Positions 8,807-17,465 of a DNA stretch of 64,000 bases are shown piece after piece. A program made the position numbers and the translations under genes. The DNA comes from Alistipes shahii. GTDB lineage: Bacteria; Bacillota_I; Bacilli_A; RFN20; CAG-826. The DNA is taken from contig CAVBUY010000002.1 in NCBI GenBank assembly GCA_963598795.1, forward strand, positions 78,216 to 142,215. Reading direction: 5' to 3'. Position 1 is the stretch's first letter. Every line of letters starts with the position of its first letter. The notes under the pieces are model-generated. The model did not search any database. It saw only the letters and a list, made by a program, of their open reading frames with translations, and had not been told where the DNA came from.

Positions 8807-10261
8807 TTATTTCTTCAATAATTTCATGGCGATGTTTGCGGCGGCTTTTTTGCCAGCGCCCATAGCCAATATCACCGTGGCCGCGCCGGTTACGGCGTCT
8901 CCGCCGGCATAAACGTTTTCTTTCGACGTTTCCGCGGTTTCCTCATTGATTATGATTCCGCCGTGCCTATTAACCTCTAATCCCTCAGTCGTCAGCTTTA
9001 TCAAAGGATTCGGGGAAGTGCCCAAGGACATAATTACCTGATCGGCTTCCAAATCATATTCCGAGCCTTCTATGACTTTCGGGCTCCTTCTACCAGAAGA
9101 ATCCGGCTCCCCGAGTTCCATTTTCACGCAAGTGACGGAAACCACTTCGTTTTTGTCGTTACCGTTAATCTTGGTGGGGTTGTTTAAGAAAGCGAATTTG
9201 ATGCCTTCTTCCTTAGCGTGTTCCACTTCCTCTTTTCTGGCCGGCAGTTCGGCTTCGGTGCGGCGATAAACGATAGTTACGTCTCCTCCGAGACGCTTGG
9301 CGCATCTTGCGGCGTCCATGGCCACGTTTCCTCCGCCCACAACTATGACTTTCTTAGCCCTTTGGATTGGGGTGTCGCTATTTTCTTTGTAAGCCTTCAT
9401 GAGGTTTATGCGGGTCAAGAATTCGTTGGCGGACATGACGTTGTTTAGCCCTTCTCCGTCTATTCCCATGAATTTGGGTAAACCGGCGCCAGAGCCGATG
9501 AATATTGCCTCATATCCGTCATCGAACAATTCGTCTATGGTTAAAGTCCTTCCGATGACGACATCGGTCATGATCTTTACGCCAAGGTTTTTAAGATTCT
9601 CCACTTCCTTTTTGACGATGTCTTTGGGAAGACGGAATTCGGGGATTCCATAAGAAAGAACCCCTCCAGCCACATGCAAAGCTTCGAAAATCGTCACTTC
9701 AAAGCCTTGTTTGGCCAAATCTCCGGCGCATGTCAATCCCGATGGACCCGCGCCGATAATCGCGACTTTATGCCCATTTGGCTGAGGCTTGACGTCATCT
9801 ACTTTGCCATAGGCCATATGATAATCGGCCACGAATCTTTCCAATCTCCCGATTCCAACCGGCTCTGATTGGACTTTGACTATATTTCCGTTTTCGTCTT
9901 TTACGAGTTGCCCATTTATGTCTTTCTTTGGCAATAAGCCTTTGCCCCTGGTACATTTGGATTCGCATTGGCTTTCTTGGGGGCAAACCCTGCCACATAT
10001 GGCCGGCAAAGACGAAGAGAGGCTTATGGTTTTATATGCTCCCTCAAAGTCCTTTTCTTTGATTTTCATAATGAAAGAGGGGATGTCGATATGGACGGGG
10101 CAACCCTCGACGCAAGGTTTATTGAGGCAGTTTAGGCACCTATCGGCCTCGTTGATGGCTATTTCTTCCGTGTAGCCTTTGGCAACTTCGGAGAAATTCT
10201 TATTGCGAATGTCGGCGTCTTCCGTCGGCATCGGATTTTTATAAGGAGTCATGTTAGGCAT
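8807..10261 (-). CDS. NfnB/GltD-like NADPH-dependent oxidoreductase, large subunit (glutamate synthase small-chain family)
   Basis: It has Fe-S Cys clusters (CLNCLNKPCVEGCPV, CGRVCPQESQCESKC) and dinucleotide folds (VAIIGAGPSGLTCAGDLA, VIVVGGGNVAMDAA). I moved the start to the ATG at 10261, 2 nt after the stop of the upstream gene. The ORF-track start at 10327 would overlap that gene by 65 nt. Confidence 0.8.
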   Translation of the reverse strand: MPNMTPYKNPMPTEDADIRNKNFSEVAKGYTEEIAINEADRCLNCLNKPCVEGCPVHIDIPSFIMKIKEKDFEGAYKTISLSSSLPAICGRVCPQESQCESKCTRGKGLLPKKDINGQLVKDENGNIVKVQSEPVGIGRLERFVADYHMAYGKVDDVKPQPNGHKVAIIGAGPSGLTCAGDLAKQGFEVTIFEALHVAGGVLSYGIPEFRLPKDIVKKEVENLKNLGVKIMTDVVIGRTLTIDELFDDGYEAIFIGSGAGLPKFMGIDGEGLNNVMSANEFLTRINLMKAYKENSDTPIQRAKKVIVVGGGNVAMDAARCAKRLGGDVTIVYRRTEAELPARKEEVEHAKEEGIKFAFLNNPTKINGNDKNEVVSVTCVKMELGEPDSSGRRSPKVIEGSEYDLEADQVIMSLGTSPNPLIKLTTEGLEVNRHGGIIINEETAETSKENVYAGGDAVTGAATVILAMGAGKKAAANIAMKLLKK

Positions 10262-10262
10262 G

Positions 10263-11120
10263 TTATTCAGCCTCCTTCTTAAAGAGATTGCAGGTTCTTT
10301 CGTAGGCGTGTTTTTCCCATTCGCCATATTGGCGGTTGCGGCTCATGGCCTCATCGAAATCAACTTCATAAGCGTTGAAATCGGGACCATCAACGCAAGC
10401 GAATCTCATCTCGCGCTTGCCATCTTTATTCAAAGTGAGACGGCATCCTCCGCACATCCCCGTGCCATCCACCATAATGGGGTTCATCGAAACCACACAA
10501 GGGACGTTATAAGGCTTGGCGGTCAAGGCCACGAATTTCATCATGATGAGGGGTCCTATGGCAATGATTAGATCAAAACGCGTCGGATCTTCATTCAAAA
10601 GTTCTTTCAATGGTTGGGTGACATTGCCCTTTGTTCCGTAGCTTCCGTCATCAGTCATCAAATAAAAATGGTCGGAAAAGGATTTGAATTCGTCTTCCAA
10701 AATAACCAAATCCTTGTTTCTAAAACCGATGATCGAAGTAACTTCCGCCCCAAGGGTATGGAATTCCTCGGCTATCGGCATAGCTATGGCGCATCCGACC
10801 CCTCCGCCGATGACGCATACTTTCTTTATTCCTTCCGTTTCAGTCGGGCGACCCAACGGACCGACAAAGTCTGCCAACTCGTCTCCGACATCAAGATGCT
10901 TCAATTTCTCCGTGGACGAGCCAACTACTTGATAGATTATCTTAACCAATCCTTTTTCTTTGTTGACCCCGGCGATGGTAAAAGGGACTCTCTCCCCGTT
11001 TTCGTCCACCCTGAGAATTATAAATTGCCCCGGTTTGGCTTTCTTGGCCACCAAATCGGATTCGACCTCGATTTGAATGACCGAGGGATTTAATATTTTC
11101 TTCGACGCTATCCTATACAT
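10263..11120 (-). CDS. NfnA/PyrK-like FAD/NAD-binding ferredoxin reductase-type subunit with a 2Fe-2S motif
   Basis: The 285-aa ORF contains RVPFTI, a GGGVGCAIAMP nucleotide fold and the C-terminal DGTGMCGGCR...C cluster. It is adjacent to the GltD-like partner. Confidence 0.8.
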   Translation of the reverse strand: MYRIASKKILNPSVIQIEVESDLVAKKAKPGQFIILRVDENGERVPFTIAGVNKEKGLVKIIYQVVGSSTEKLKHLDVGDELADFVGPLGRPTETEGIKKVCVIGGGVGCAIAMPIAEEFHTLGAEVTSIIGFRNKDLVILEDEFKSFSDHFYLMTDDGSYGTKGNVTQPLKELLNEDPTRFDLIIAIGPLIMMKFVALTAKPYNVPCVVSMNPIMVDGTGMCGGCRLTLNKDGKREMRFACVDGPDFNAYEVDFDEAMSRNRQYGEWEKHAYERTCNLFKKEAE

Positions 11121-11208
11121 TCAAAGCATCCTCCTAATGGCTTGGAAAAATGATAACTATCGGCTGTCTTTTGTGGAAAAGCCGATTTGATGCTTTTATT
11201 ATATAAAA

Positions 11209-13290
11209 ATGTTATCGATAAAAAACAAACATCTAGCCAAAGCCATAAAGATAACGCTTCCTTTTCTTATCGTTGGCTTAATGACTCTTTGTTGTTGCTA
11301 TATCTATCTTTTTGAAGGAATAACCAGCGGGGACGACTTCCGCTTCCATATGGGCAATATATATGAGGTCTATTATGGCCTTAAGAATGGCTTAAGTTTG
11401 GATTCCACCAACCATCTTATGATGGGAGCCTACGCTTATAACACCCATTTGTTCTACGCCCCATTGCCCCATTACGCGGCCGGGATAATGATGTACGTTT
11501 TCAATATGGACACCATTGCCGCAATTAAGTGGTTTATGTCATTGATGACTTTTTTTGCCGGGATAATGTTTTATTGCTTGGCTTATAAAATGACCAAAAA
11601 GATGTCGGTATCCTTATTTTCTTCTGCCTTTTTCATGTTTTGCCCTTATAGGATGTTTTGCGGATTGGCAAGATTTGCCTATGCCGAAACTATAGCCATG
11701 TGTTTCGTTCCATGTTTCTTTTATGGAATTTATTCGATCACCCATGACGAAAGCCCCAAAGCCTTTTCTTTTTTATCGATTATAATCGGGGCGTGCGGAT
11801 TAATCCTATCTCACCCTTTCACCGCCATATGCATGGCGTTGTTCGCCATTCTTTATATGGTCGTCAATTTCAAGGGAGTTTGGAAATTCATAAAAACCAA
11901 AAAAGGCATAGTCTATTCCGTTTCCACCGTTATTTTGATAATTCTTGGAGTGGGATTTTACGCCTTCCCGATGGTTAAGGCTTTAGGAAGCGGAATTTAT
12001 AGGGTGTCCGACAATACGGCCATGTGGACCAACTACGCCCACGTTGCCGCCTCAACGAAAAATTCCTCGGCTTTTTCAGGTTTCTTGAACCTCTTCTGGG
12101 TGGCCTCAAAAATCGAGGCGAATGCCTGGAATTTAGAATGGACTCCGGCTTTGCTTTCATTAAGCGTTTCATTGGTGGCTGTAGGCGGGATATTGTCCGC
12201 CATCGCCGATTTGGTTTTGTCTAGGCTCCCGAACAACAAATATTATCGCCTGCCGATAATGATAATCGTCTCTTATCTTCCAATATGTTTCTTCAAGCAA
12301 AGGATAGAAGTCTATTTGGCTATGGCTTTGTTCGATGTCATGTTGATAGTGACGGAATTCATCAAAGACAAAGCCGACGATTATTTTGAGAAAAAAGGTT
12401 GGTTCAAAAGAAACAAAGACATAGTGATCGACGTTTCGTTCCTTTTGATAATATCTGCCTTAACGATGGTCTTCATCTACGTTCCAGAAGCTTGGAAAAA
12501 CGTTCCCTCCGCCTTTTATACCTGCCAATTCGCCTGGAGGCTTTGGTCGGTCATCTCTTTAAGTATGTCTTTGCTCTTTGTCTATGGATTAAACGCGACT
12601 ACCTACATAAAAAAGGTTAAAACCCCGTTCTATTTAGCTTCCTTTATACCGTTCTTGATGTTCTCTGGTTCGCAAGCCTATATGGAAAAGAAATATCTCA
12701 TAGACAATGGAATGACTTGGAAAACGTATGGCGAAAAAGAATGCATCGAAACCAACAACGTGGGAGTCATGAACGAATATATACCATTATCCTTCTATGA
12801 CTCGGATTATATACCGAGTTATTCGAATAGTTTGTGGTATAAAATAAAATCGACCATTGGCTATTCGTATCTTTATCAGCATACCGTGGAAGAATATCTA
12901 ACCCCCGCCTTCTTAGAGGGCTCTGGATCTTCCGTTGTCTTTGAATTAAACACCCCTTCCGTGGATTTTTTGATAACCGCCGAAGAAGATTCTTTAATAC
13001 AAATCCCCCAATTCTATTATGAGGGCTACATAATCACGGCGTATGATGGCAATCGTTCCATATCCATGGAATTGGAAGCCATAAACGTTGATGATCTCGT
13101 CGCTTTCTCTTTGCCAAAAGGAACTTACGATGTTGAAGTCCGCTACGTCGGTCCAACGACCAGAAGGGTGTTCAACATCCTTTTCTATGTAGGGCTGGCT
13201 GGCAGCGTTTCCTTGGCGGGATTTGGGATATATGAGTCCGTTACAAGAAAGAAAAAATATTTGGAGCAAAAAACATATGACCAAAACTAA
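11209..13290 (+). CDS. Large polytopic membrane protein, GT-C-fold glycosyltransferase-like (YfhO / COG5617-like)
   Basis: The 693-aa ORF has at least 12 hydrophobic segments. Its first loop motif, SGDDFRFHMGNIYE, resembles the G-[HD]-D-x-x-FH-x-x-R loop of this class. A ~190-aa C-terminal non-membrane domain precedes a final TM helix. Confidence 0.45.
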   Translation: MLSIKNKHLAKAIKITLPFLIVGLMTLCCCYIYLFEGITSGDDFRFHMGNIYEVYYGLKNGLSLDSTNHLMMGAYAYNTHLFYAPLPHYAAGIMMYVFNMDTIAAIKWFMSLMTFFAGIMFYCLAYKMTKKMSVSLFSSAFFMFCPYRMFCGLARFAYAETIAMCFVPCFFYGIYSITHDESPKAFSFLSIIIGACGLILSHPFTAICMALFAILYMVVNFKGVWKFIKTKKGIVYSVSTVILIILGVGFYAFPMVKALGSGIYRVSDNTAMWTNYAHVAASTKNSSAFSGFLNLFWVASKIEANAWNLEWTPALLSLSVSLVAVGGILSAIADLVLSRLPNNKYYRLPIMIIVSYLPICFFKQRIEVYLAMALFDVMLIVTEFIKDKADDYFEKKGWFKRNKDIVIDVSFLLIISALTMVFIYVPEAWKNVPSAFYTCQFAWRLWSVISLSMSLLFVYGLNATTYIKKVKTPFYLASFIPFLMFSGSQAYMEKKYLIDNGMTWKTYGEKECIETNNVGVMNEYIPLSFYDSDYIPSYSNSLWYKIKSTIGYSYLYQHTVEEYLTPAFLEGSGSSVVFELNTPSVDFLITAEEDSLIQIPQFYYEGYIITAYDGNRSISMELEAINVDDLVAFSLPKGTYDVEVRYVGPTTRRVFNILFYVGLAGSVSLAGFGIYESVTRKKKYLEQKTYDQN

Positions 13291-13741
13291 CGTCATGCGT
13301 TTATTGGACGCGAAAAAGATAAATTACGAATCTAAGGAATACGATCCAAATTTGACCAATGGTATTGAAGTGGCCAAAGCCGTTAATATAGACCCCTCAT
13401 CGGTTTATAAGACCTTGGTGGCCGAAAACGAAAAGAAGGAACATTTCGTTTTCGTCATCCCCGTGGAAAAAGAACTTAATTTAAAGAAAGCCGCAAAGGC
13501 TTCTAGTAGCAAATCCATTGCCATGATTCATCAAAAAGAGCTTCTTCCCTTAACTGGGTATGTCCATGGCGGATGTTCCCCAATCGGCATGAAAAAGCCA
13601 TTTCCGACATATTTTGATTGCTCAATGCAAGGAAAAGAAATGATTTGCGTATCCGGGGGAAGAAAAGGATTCCAAATACAAATCAATCCAAGCGATTTAA
13701 AAGAATATTGCAAAGCCTCATACGTCGAATTGACGGATTAA
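13277..13741 (+). CDS. ybaK: Cys-tRNA(Pro)/Cys-tRNA(Cys) deacylase YbaK
   Basis: It begins MTKTNVMRLLDAKKINYESKEY and contains TGYVHGGCSPIGMKK. I chose the internal ATG at 13277 rather than the ORF-track start at 13223. Confidence 0.8.
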   Translation: MTKTNVMRLLDAKKINYESKEYDPNLTNGIEVAKAVNIDPSSVYKTLVAENEKKEHFVFVIPVEKELNLKKAAKASSSKSIAMIHQKELLPLTGYVHGGCSPIGMKKPFPTYFDCSMQGKEMICVSGGRKGFQIQINPSDLKEYCKASYVELTD

Positions 13742-13745
13742 AGGT

Positions 13746-14252
13746 TTATTTGGCTATTTTTTGAACTTCGACGATAGGCTCGTCAATGGCTTTGGCGTAT
13801 TCGATGACAACCGCTTCCAATGGACGGTCGTTTTTGCTCTTTTTGACAGAGGCTATTTTATCCACCACATCCATTCCGCTTATAACTTTCCCAAAGGCGG
13901 CATATTGCCCATCCAAAAAGAAATCATCCGCGTCGCAAATGAAAAATTGAGAACCTGCGGTGTCTGGAAAGTAGGAGCGGGCCATGGAAACGACCCCTCT
14001 CTCGTGCCTCAATTCATTGTTGACGCCATTGATTTTGAACTCGCCTTTGATTTGATATCCTGGGCCGCCCGTGCCATTTCCGATAGGGCATCCGCCTTGT
14101 ATCATGAAATGTTTGATCACTCTATGAAAGGTTAGCCCATCATAGAATCCTTTGTTGACCAATTCGACGAAATTGGCGCAGGTGTTTGGGGCGGAATCCC
14201 TATCCAATTCGATTTTGATTTCGCCATAATTCTTAATATTCAATATAACCAT
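13746..14252 (-). CDS. ppiB: Cyclophilin-type peptidyl-prolyl cis-trans isomerase
   Basis: It contains FHRVIKHFMIQGGCP and SMARS...GSQFFI motifs. I chose the start MVILNIKNYGEIKIEL at 14252. Confidence 0.85.
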   Translation of the reverse strand: MVILNIKNYGEIKIELDRDSAPNTCANFVELVNKGFYDGLTFHRVIKHFMIQGGCPIGNGTGGPGYQIKGEFKINGVNNELRHERGVVSMARSYFPDTAGSQFFICDADDFFLDGQYAAFGKVISGMDVVDKIASVKKSKNDRPLEAVVIEYAKAIDEPIVEVQKIAK

Positions 14253-14318
14253 AGTTTGTACCTCACAAATAAAATAACACACTAGACGTTTGTCAGAAAC
14301 GGGTTTAATCGAAGAGAA

Positions 14319-14378
14319 AATAATCTTTCGGAAAATCGAATAATCTTTCGGAAAATCAATTATTCTTTCGGGAGATTA
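14319..14378. repeat. Three tandem 20-bp direct repeats in the ppiB/MATE divergent intergenic region
   Basis: The units are AATAATCTTTCGGAAAATCG, AATAATCTTTCGGAAAATCA and ATTATTCTTTCGGGAGATTA. Units 1 and 2 match at 19 of 20 positions and unit 3 is degenerate. Each unit contains the small dyad TTTC-G-GAAA. Confidence 0.8.
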
Positions 14379-14526
14379 ATGAAAAATCCAAAAGAATATT
14401 CGTCTTTTGTCTATGAAAAAATAAAAAACGCTTACGAAGAAAAAATGTTTTGCCTACAATTTCTCAGGCTAATTAATAGCATCACGTTGTACCTCTGGGG
14501 AAGACGCACTCTGGAGGTAAGAAATA

Positions 14527-15927
14527 ATGGAATCCGAAACATACTTGGGCGAGCAAAAGATGGGAAAGCTCATTTTGAAGTTTTCTATACCTTGCGTTCT
14601 TTCTTTGCTAATAAGCGCCTTATATAACGTAGTCGATCAAATATTCATCGGAAATTCATCGGTTGGATCTATAGGAAACACCGCAACAACCATCGTTTTC
14701 CCGCTCACAGTTATTGCTTTGGCTTTTGGTTTGATGCTCGGAGACGGCGCGGCGGCATATATGTCCATATGCTTGGGAGAAGGAAAGAAAGACAAAATCG
14801 ACAAGACTGCCGGAGGGGCTTTGTTTTTGTCCTTTGTCATCTCCTTGGTTTTTTATGCGATTTGCCTTCCTTTGTTAGACCAATTGCTTTCTTTGTTCGG
14901 GGCTAAAACTATCGAGGCGGCGGAAAAGGCCCGTGAATATGGCTTTATCATCGTCTTGGGCTTTCCGGCTTATATCATGATGACCACCATGAATTCGATA
15001 ATAAGGGCGGACGGAGCTCCTAAAATAGCCATGATATCGATGGTGGCTGGCGCAGTAACGAATATCGTTTTGGACGCCTTGATGATATTGGTTTGGAATA
15101 TGGGCTTAACCGGCGCGGCTCTAGCTACCATAATCGGCCAAATCGTTTCCTTTATCATCAGTTTCGTTTATTTCTTTTTCACCAAGACGTTCCGTTTGAA
15201 ATTGAAGGATTTAGTTCCTTCCAAAGATGGCTTTTTATCCACTATAAAGCTCGGCTTTTCATCTTGGCTAACCCAAATTAGCATCGTTATCATCTCAATT
15301 GTGTCGATGAACACCATTGCCAAGTGGGGTGCTAACTCCAAATATGGAATCAACGACCCCCAAGCCATCGTTGGCGTGGTTATGAAAGTCTTCTCGATAG
15401 TGATTAACATCGCCGTTGGAATAGCGGCCGGTGCCCAGCCGATAATCGGCTACAACTATGGGGCCAAATTATTTTCGAGGGTGAGAAAAGGTTTAGTAAT
15501 AATATTGACCTCGTCATTTATAGTTGGGGCTATAGCCTTAATAATATTCCAAATCATCCCCGCTCAAATCGTTTCGATATTTGGGGCTAACACAAGCAAT
15601 GTGGACACATATATGGAATTCGGGGAATATACCGTCCGCATTTATTTGATGTTGATACCCATCACTTGCGTCCAAAAAGCTTCTTCCATCTTCCTCCAAT
15701 CCGTTTCCTCTCCGTTTAAAGCCACTTTGCTTTCATTGATCAGGGACGTTATCTGCTTCGTTCCTTTGACCATCGCCTTGCCTTATGGGCTCGGGATGTT
15801 AGGCATTCTTTATGCCGCTCCGATAAGCGATGCCATCTCTTTGATATTCGCTGCAATATTTATCTATATGGAATTAAAAAACATGAAAAAGAAAGAAATG
15901 GGACAATCGAATAATCAAACTGTGTAA
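14527..15927 (+). CDS. MATE-family efflux transporter
   Basis: The 466-aa ORF has 12 TM-like segments and the N-terminus LGEQKMGKLILKFSIPCVLSLLISALYNVVDQIFIG, typical of MATE pumps. A GGAGG RBS lies upstream. Confidence 0.85.
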   Translation: MESETYLGEQKMGKLILKFSIPCVLSLLISALYNVVDQIFIGNSSVGSIGNTATTIVFPLTVIALAFGLMLGDGAAAYMSICLGEGKKDKIDKTAGGALFLSFVISLVFYAICLPLLDQLLSLFGAKTIEAAEKAREYGFIIVLGFPAYIMMTTMNSIIRADGAPKIAMISMVAGAVTNIVLDALMILVWNMGLTGAALATIIGQIVSFIISFVYFFFTKTFRLKLKDLVPSKDGFLSTIKLGFSSWLTQISIVIISIVSMNTIAKWGANSKYGINDPQAIVGVVMKVFSIVINIAVGIAAGAQPIIGYNYGAKLFSRVRKGLVIILTSSFIVGAIALIIFQIIPAQIVSIFGANTSNVDTYMEFGEYTVRIYLMLIPITCVQKASSIFLQSVSSPFKATLLSLIRDVICFVPLTIALPYGLGMLGILYAAPISDAISLIFAAIFIYMELKNMKKKEMGQSNNQTV

Positions 15928-15953
15928 ACGCTTACAACAGTCATTCTCATAAT

Positions 15954-15999
15954 ATGAGCCTATGCTTTCAAACGTTTTTGGAAACTAGGCTCATTTTTT
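15954..15999 (+). terminator. Hairpin plus T-run between the two MATE genes
   Basis: The sequence is ATGAGCCTA-(23-nt loop)-TAGGCTCAT followed by TTTTTT. The T-run abuts the ATG of the second MATE gene at 16000. Confidence 0.5.
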
Positions 16000-17412
16000 A
16001 TGAAATCGAAAGACATGACAGTGGGGAACCCCTTCAAAATCATATTGTTGTTCTCCATCCCTTTGGTGTTGTCTGCCACCTTGCAGCAGCTTTATAACCT
16101 CGCCGACAACTTCATTGCCGGCCACTTCATCGCCAATTTGGACAGTTTCAATGCCGTTGGAATCGTTTACCCGATTACCGTCGTCTTTTTGGATATAGCC
16201 GTTGGCTTTGGGGTTGGGTGCGGGGTTATCGCCGCCAACCATTTTGGGGCCAAAGACATGAAAAATCTCAAAAAGACTGCTTATGTCGGTTTGATATCCA
16301 CTATCGTTTTAGCTTTGGTGGTAACCGCCATAGGATTCGCCATCATTTCCCCTTTGTTAGGCGCTATGGTTGGCAAAGAAGAGAACCCCGGATGCTATAA
16401 CGAGGCCAACTCCTACATGCTCATTTATATAGCCGGCGTCATATTTTTGTTTTTGTATAACTACTCGATGTACATGTTTCAGGCTTTCGGTAATTCCAAA
16501 ACCCCTTTGTATTTTTTGATTTTCTCCACCGTTTTGAACATCGGTTTGGACATCTTGTTCGTTGTGCCCATAAAGATGGGGAGCGCGGGTTTGGCTTTAG
16601 GCACCATAATCTCCGAGGCCATAGCCGGAATATTGTCGGTTGTCGTTCTTTTTAAATGCATAAACAAGTTCGAACCGGAGAAAACGGAAAAATTCGACAA
16701 AGGCATATTGAAATCGATTATCGGCGTCGCCGCGCCTTCGATATTGCAAGGTTGCTTCATTTCCATTGGAGGAGTGCTTATCACTTCGATTTTGACCAAT
16801 ATCGGCGGAAATAGCGTAGCCGGAGGATATAGTGCCAGCTACAAGATTTGCTATATGGCCATCAATATATTCACGGTTTTATGCAACGCCTTATCAAACT
16901 ATGTTTCCCAAAACGTCGGTGCCAAAAAATACGACAGAATCATGAAAGGCTATTATTCGACTTTGATTCTATCGGCCGCTTTTTGCTTAATAGCTATGGC
17001 CGGCATATTGCCGTTTAGGGAATTTTGGGTAAGAGTGTTTTTAAATAGCGATGCTGAAGGCGACATAGACACGATCATAAATGCTGGAAAGCAATTCATA
17101 TTATGCGTCGTTCCATTCATGGTTTTCTTGGTCATAAAAATGCCATTGGACGGTATTTTGAAAGGCGCGAAAGACATGCTTGGATTCACTTTGGGAACAT
17201 CCGTGGATTTGGTATTAAGGGTCGTATCCGCTTTGATACTCGGAAAATATTTCGGATATGAAGGCATATTCTTCGCTTGGCCTATTGGCTGGGGAGTGGG
17301 GATGTGCGTTTCCATCGCTATGTTTTTCATCGGCAGATGGAAGAAAAAATGCGGTTATCAAATAGAAACGAAAGTCGAAGAAAAGGAAGTCGCAGTAGAA
17401 GAAATCAATTAG
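16000..17412 (+). CDS. MATE-family efflux transporter (second, divergent paralogue)
   Basis: The 470-aa ORF starts MTVGNPFKIILLFSIPLVLSATLQQLYNLADNFIAG and has 12 TM-like segments. Confidence 0.85.
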   Translation: MKSKDMTVGNPFKIILLFSIPLVLSATLQQLYNLADNFIAGHFIANLDSFNAVGIVYPITVVFLDIAVGFGVGCGVIAANHFGAKDMKNLKKTAYVGLISTIVLALVVTAIGFAIISPLLGAMVGKEENPGCYNEANSYMLIYIAGVIFLFLYNYSMYMFQAFGNSKTPLYFLIFSTVLNIGLDILFVVPIKMGSAGLALGTIISEAIAGILSVVVLFKCINKFEPEKTEKFDKGILKSIIGVAAPSILQGCFISIGGVLITSILTNIGGNSVAGGYSASYKICYMAINIFTVLCNALSNYVSQNVGAKKYDRIMKGYYSTLILSAAFCLIAMAGILPFREFWVRVFLNSDAEGDIDTIINAGKQFILCVVPFMVFLVIKMPLDGILKGAKDMLGFTLGTSVDLVLRVVSALILGKYFGYEGIFFAWPIGWGVGMCVSIAMFFIGRWKKKCGYQIETKVEEKEVAVEEIN

Positions 17413-17465
17413 CGAAAAGCGCAGAAGAAAATTCCGCCTTTTTTAAAATCGTTCCGATATTGACT

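Noticed and set aside
14319-14378. The possibility that the tandem repeats form a CRISPR array.
   Set aside because: There are only three contiguous 20-bp units with no spacers between them, and no cas genes lie in the window.
14379-14627. An 82-aa plus-strand ORF starting right after the 20-bp repeats.
   Set aside because: It overlaps the well-supported MATE start (14527, with a GGAGG RBS) by 100 nt in another frame. It has no RBS and its sequence looks non-protein-like. The region is more likely 5' leader or promoter.
17413-17465. A terminator between the convergent MATE and beta-helix genes.
   Set aside because: Only weak, short complementarity is visible around GCGAAAAGCGC...CCGCCTTTTTT. 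I could not define a convincing stem by eye.
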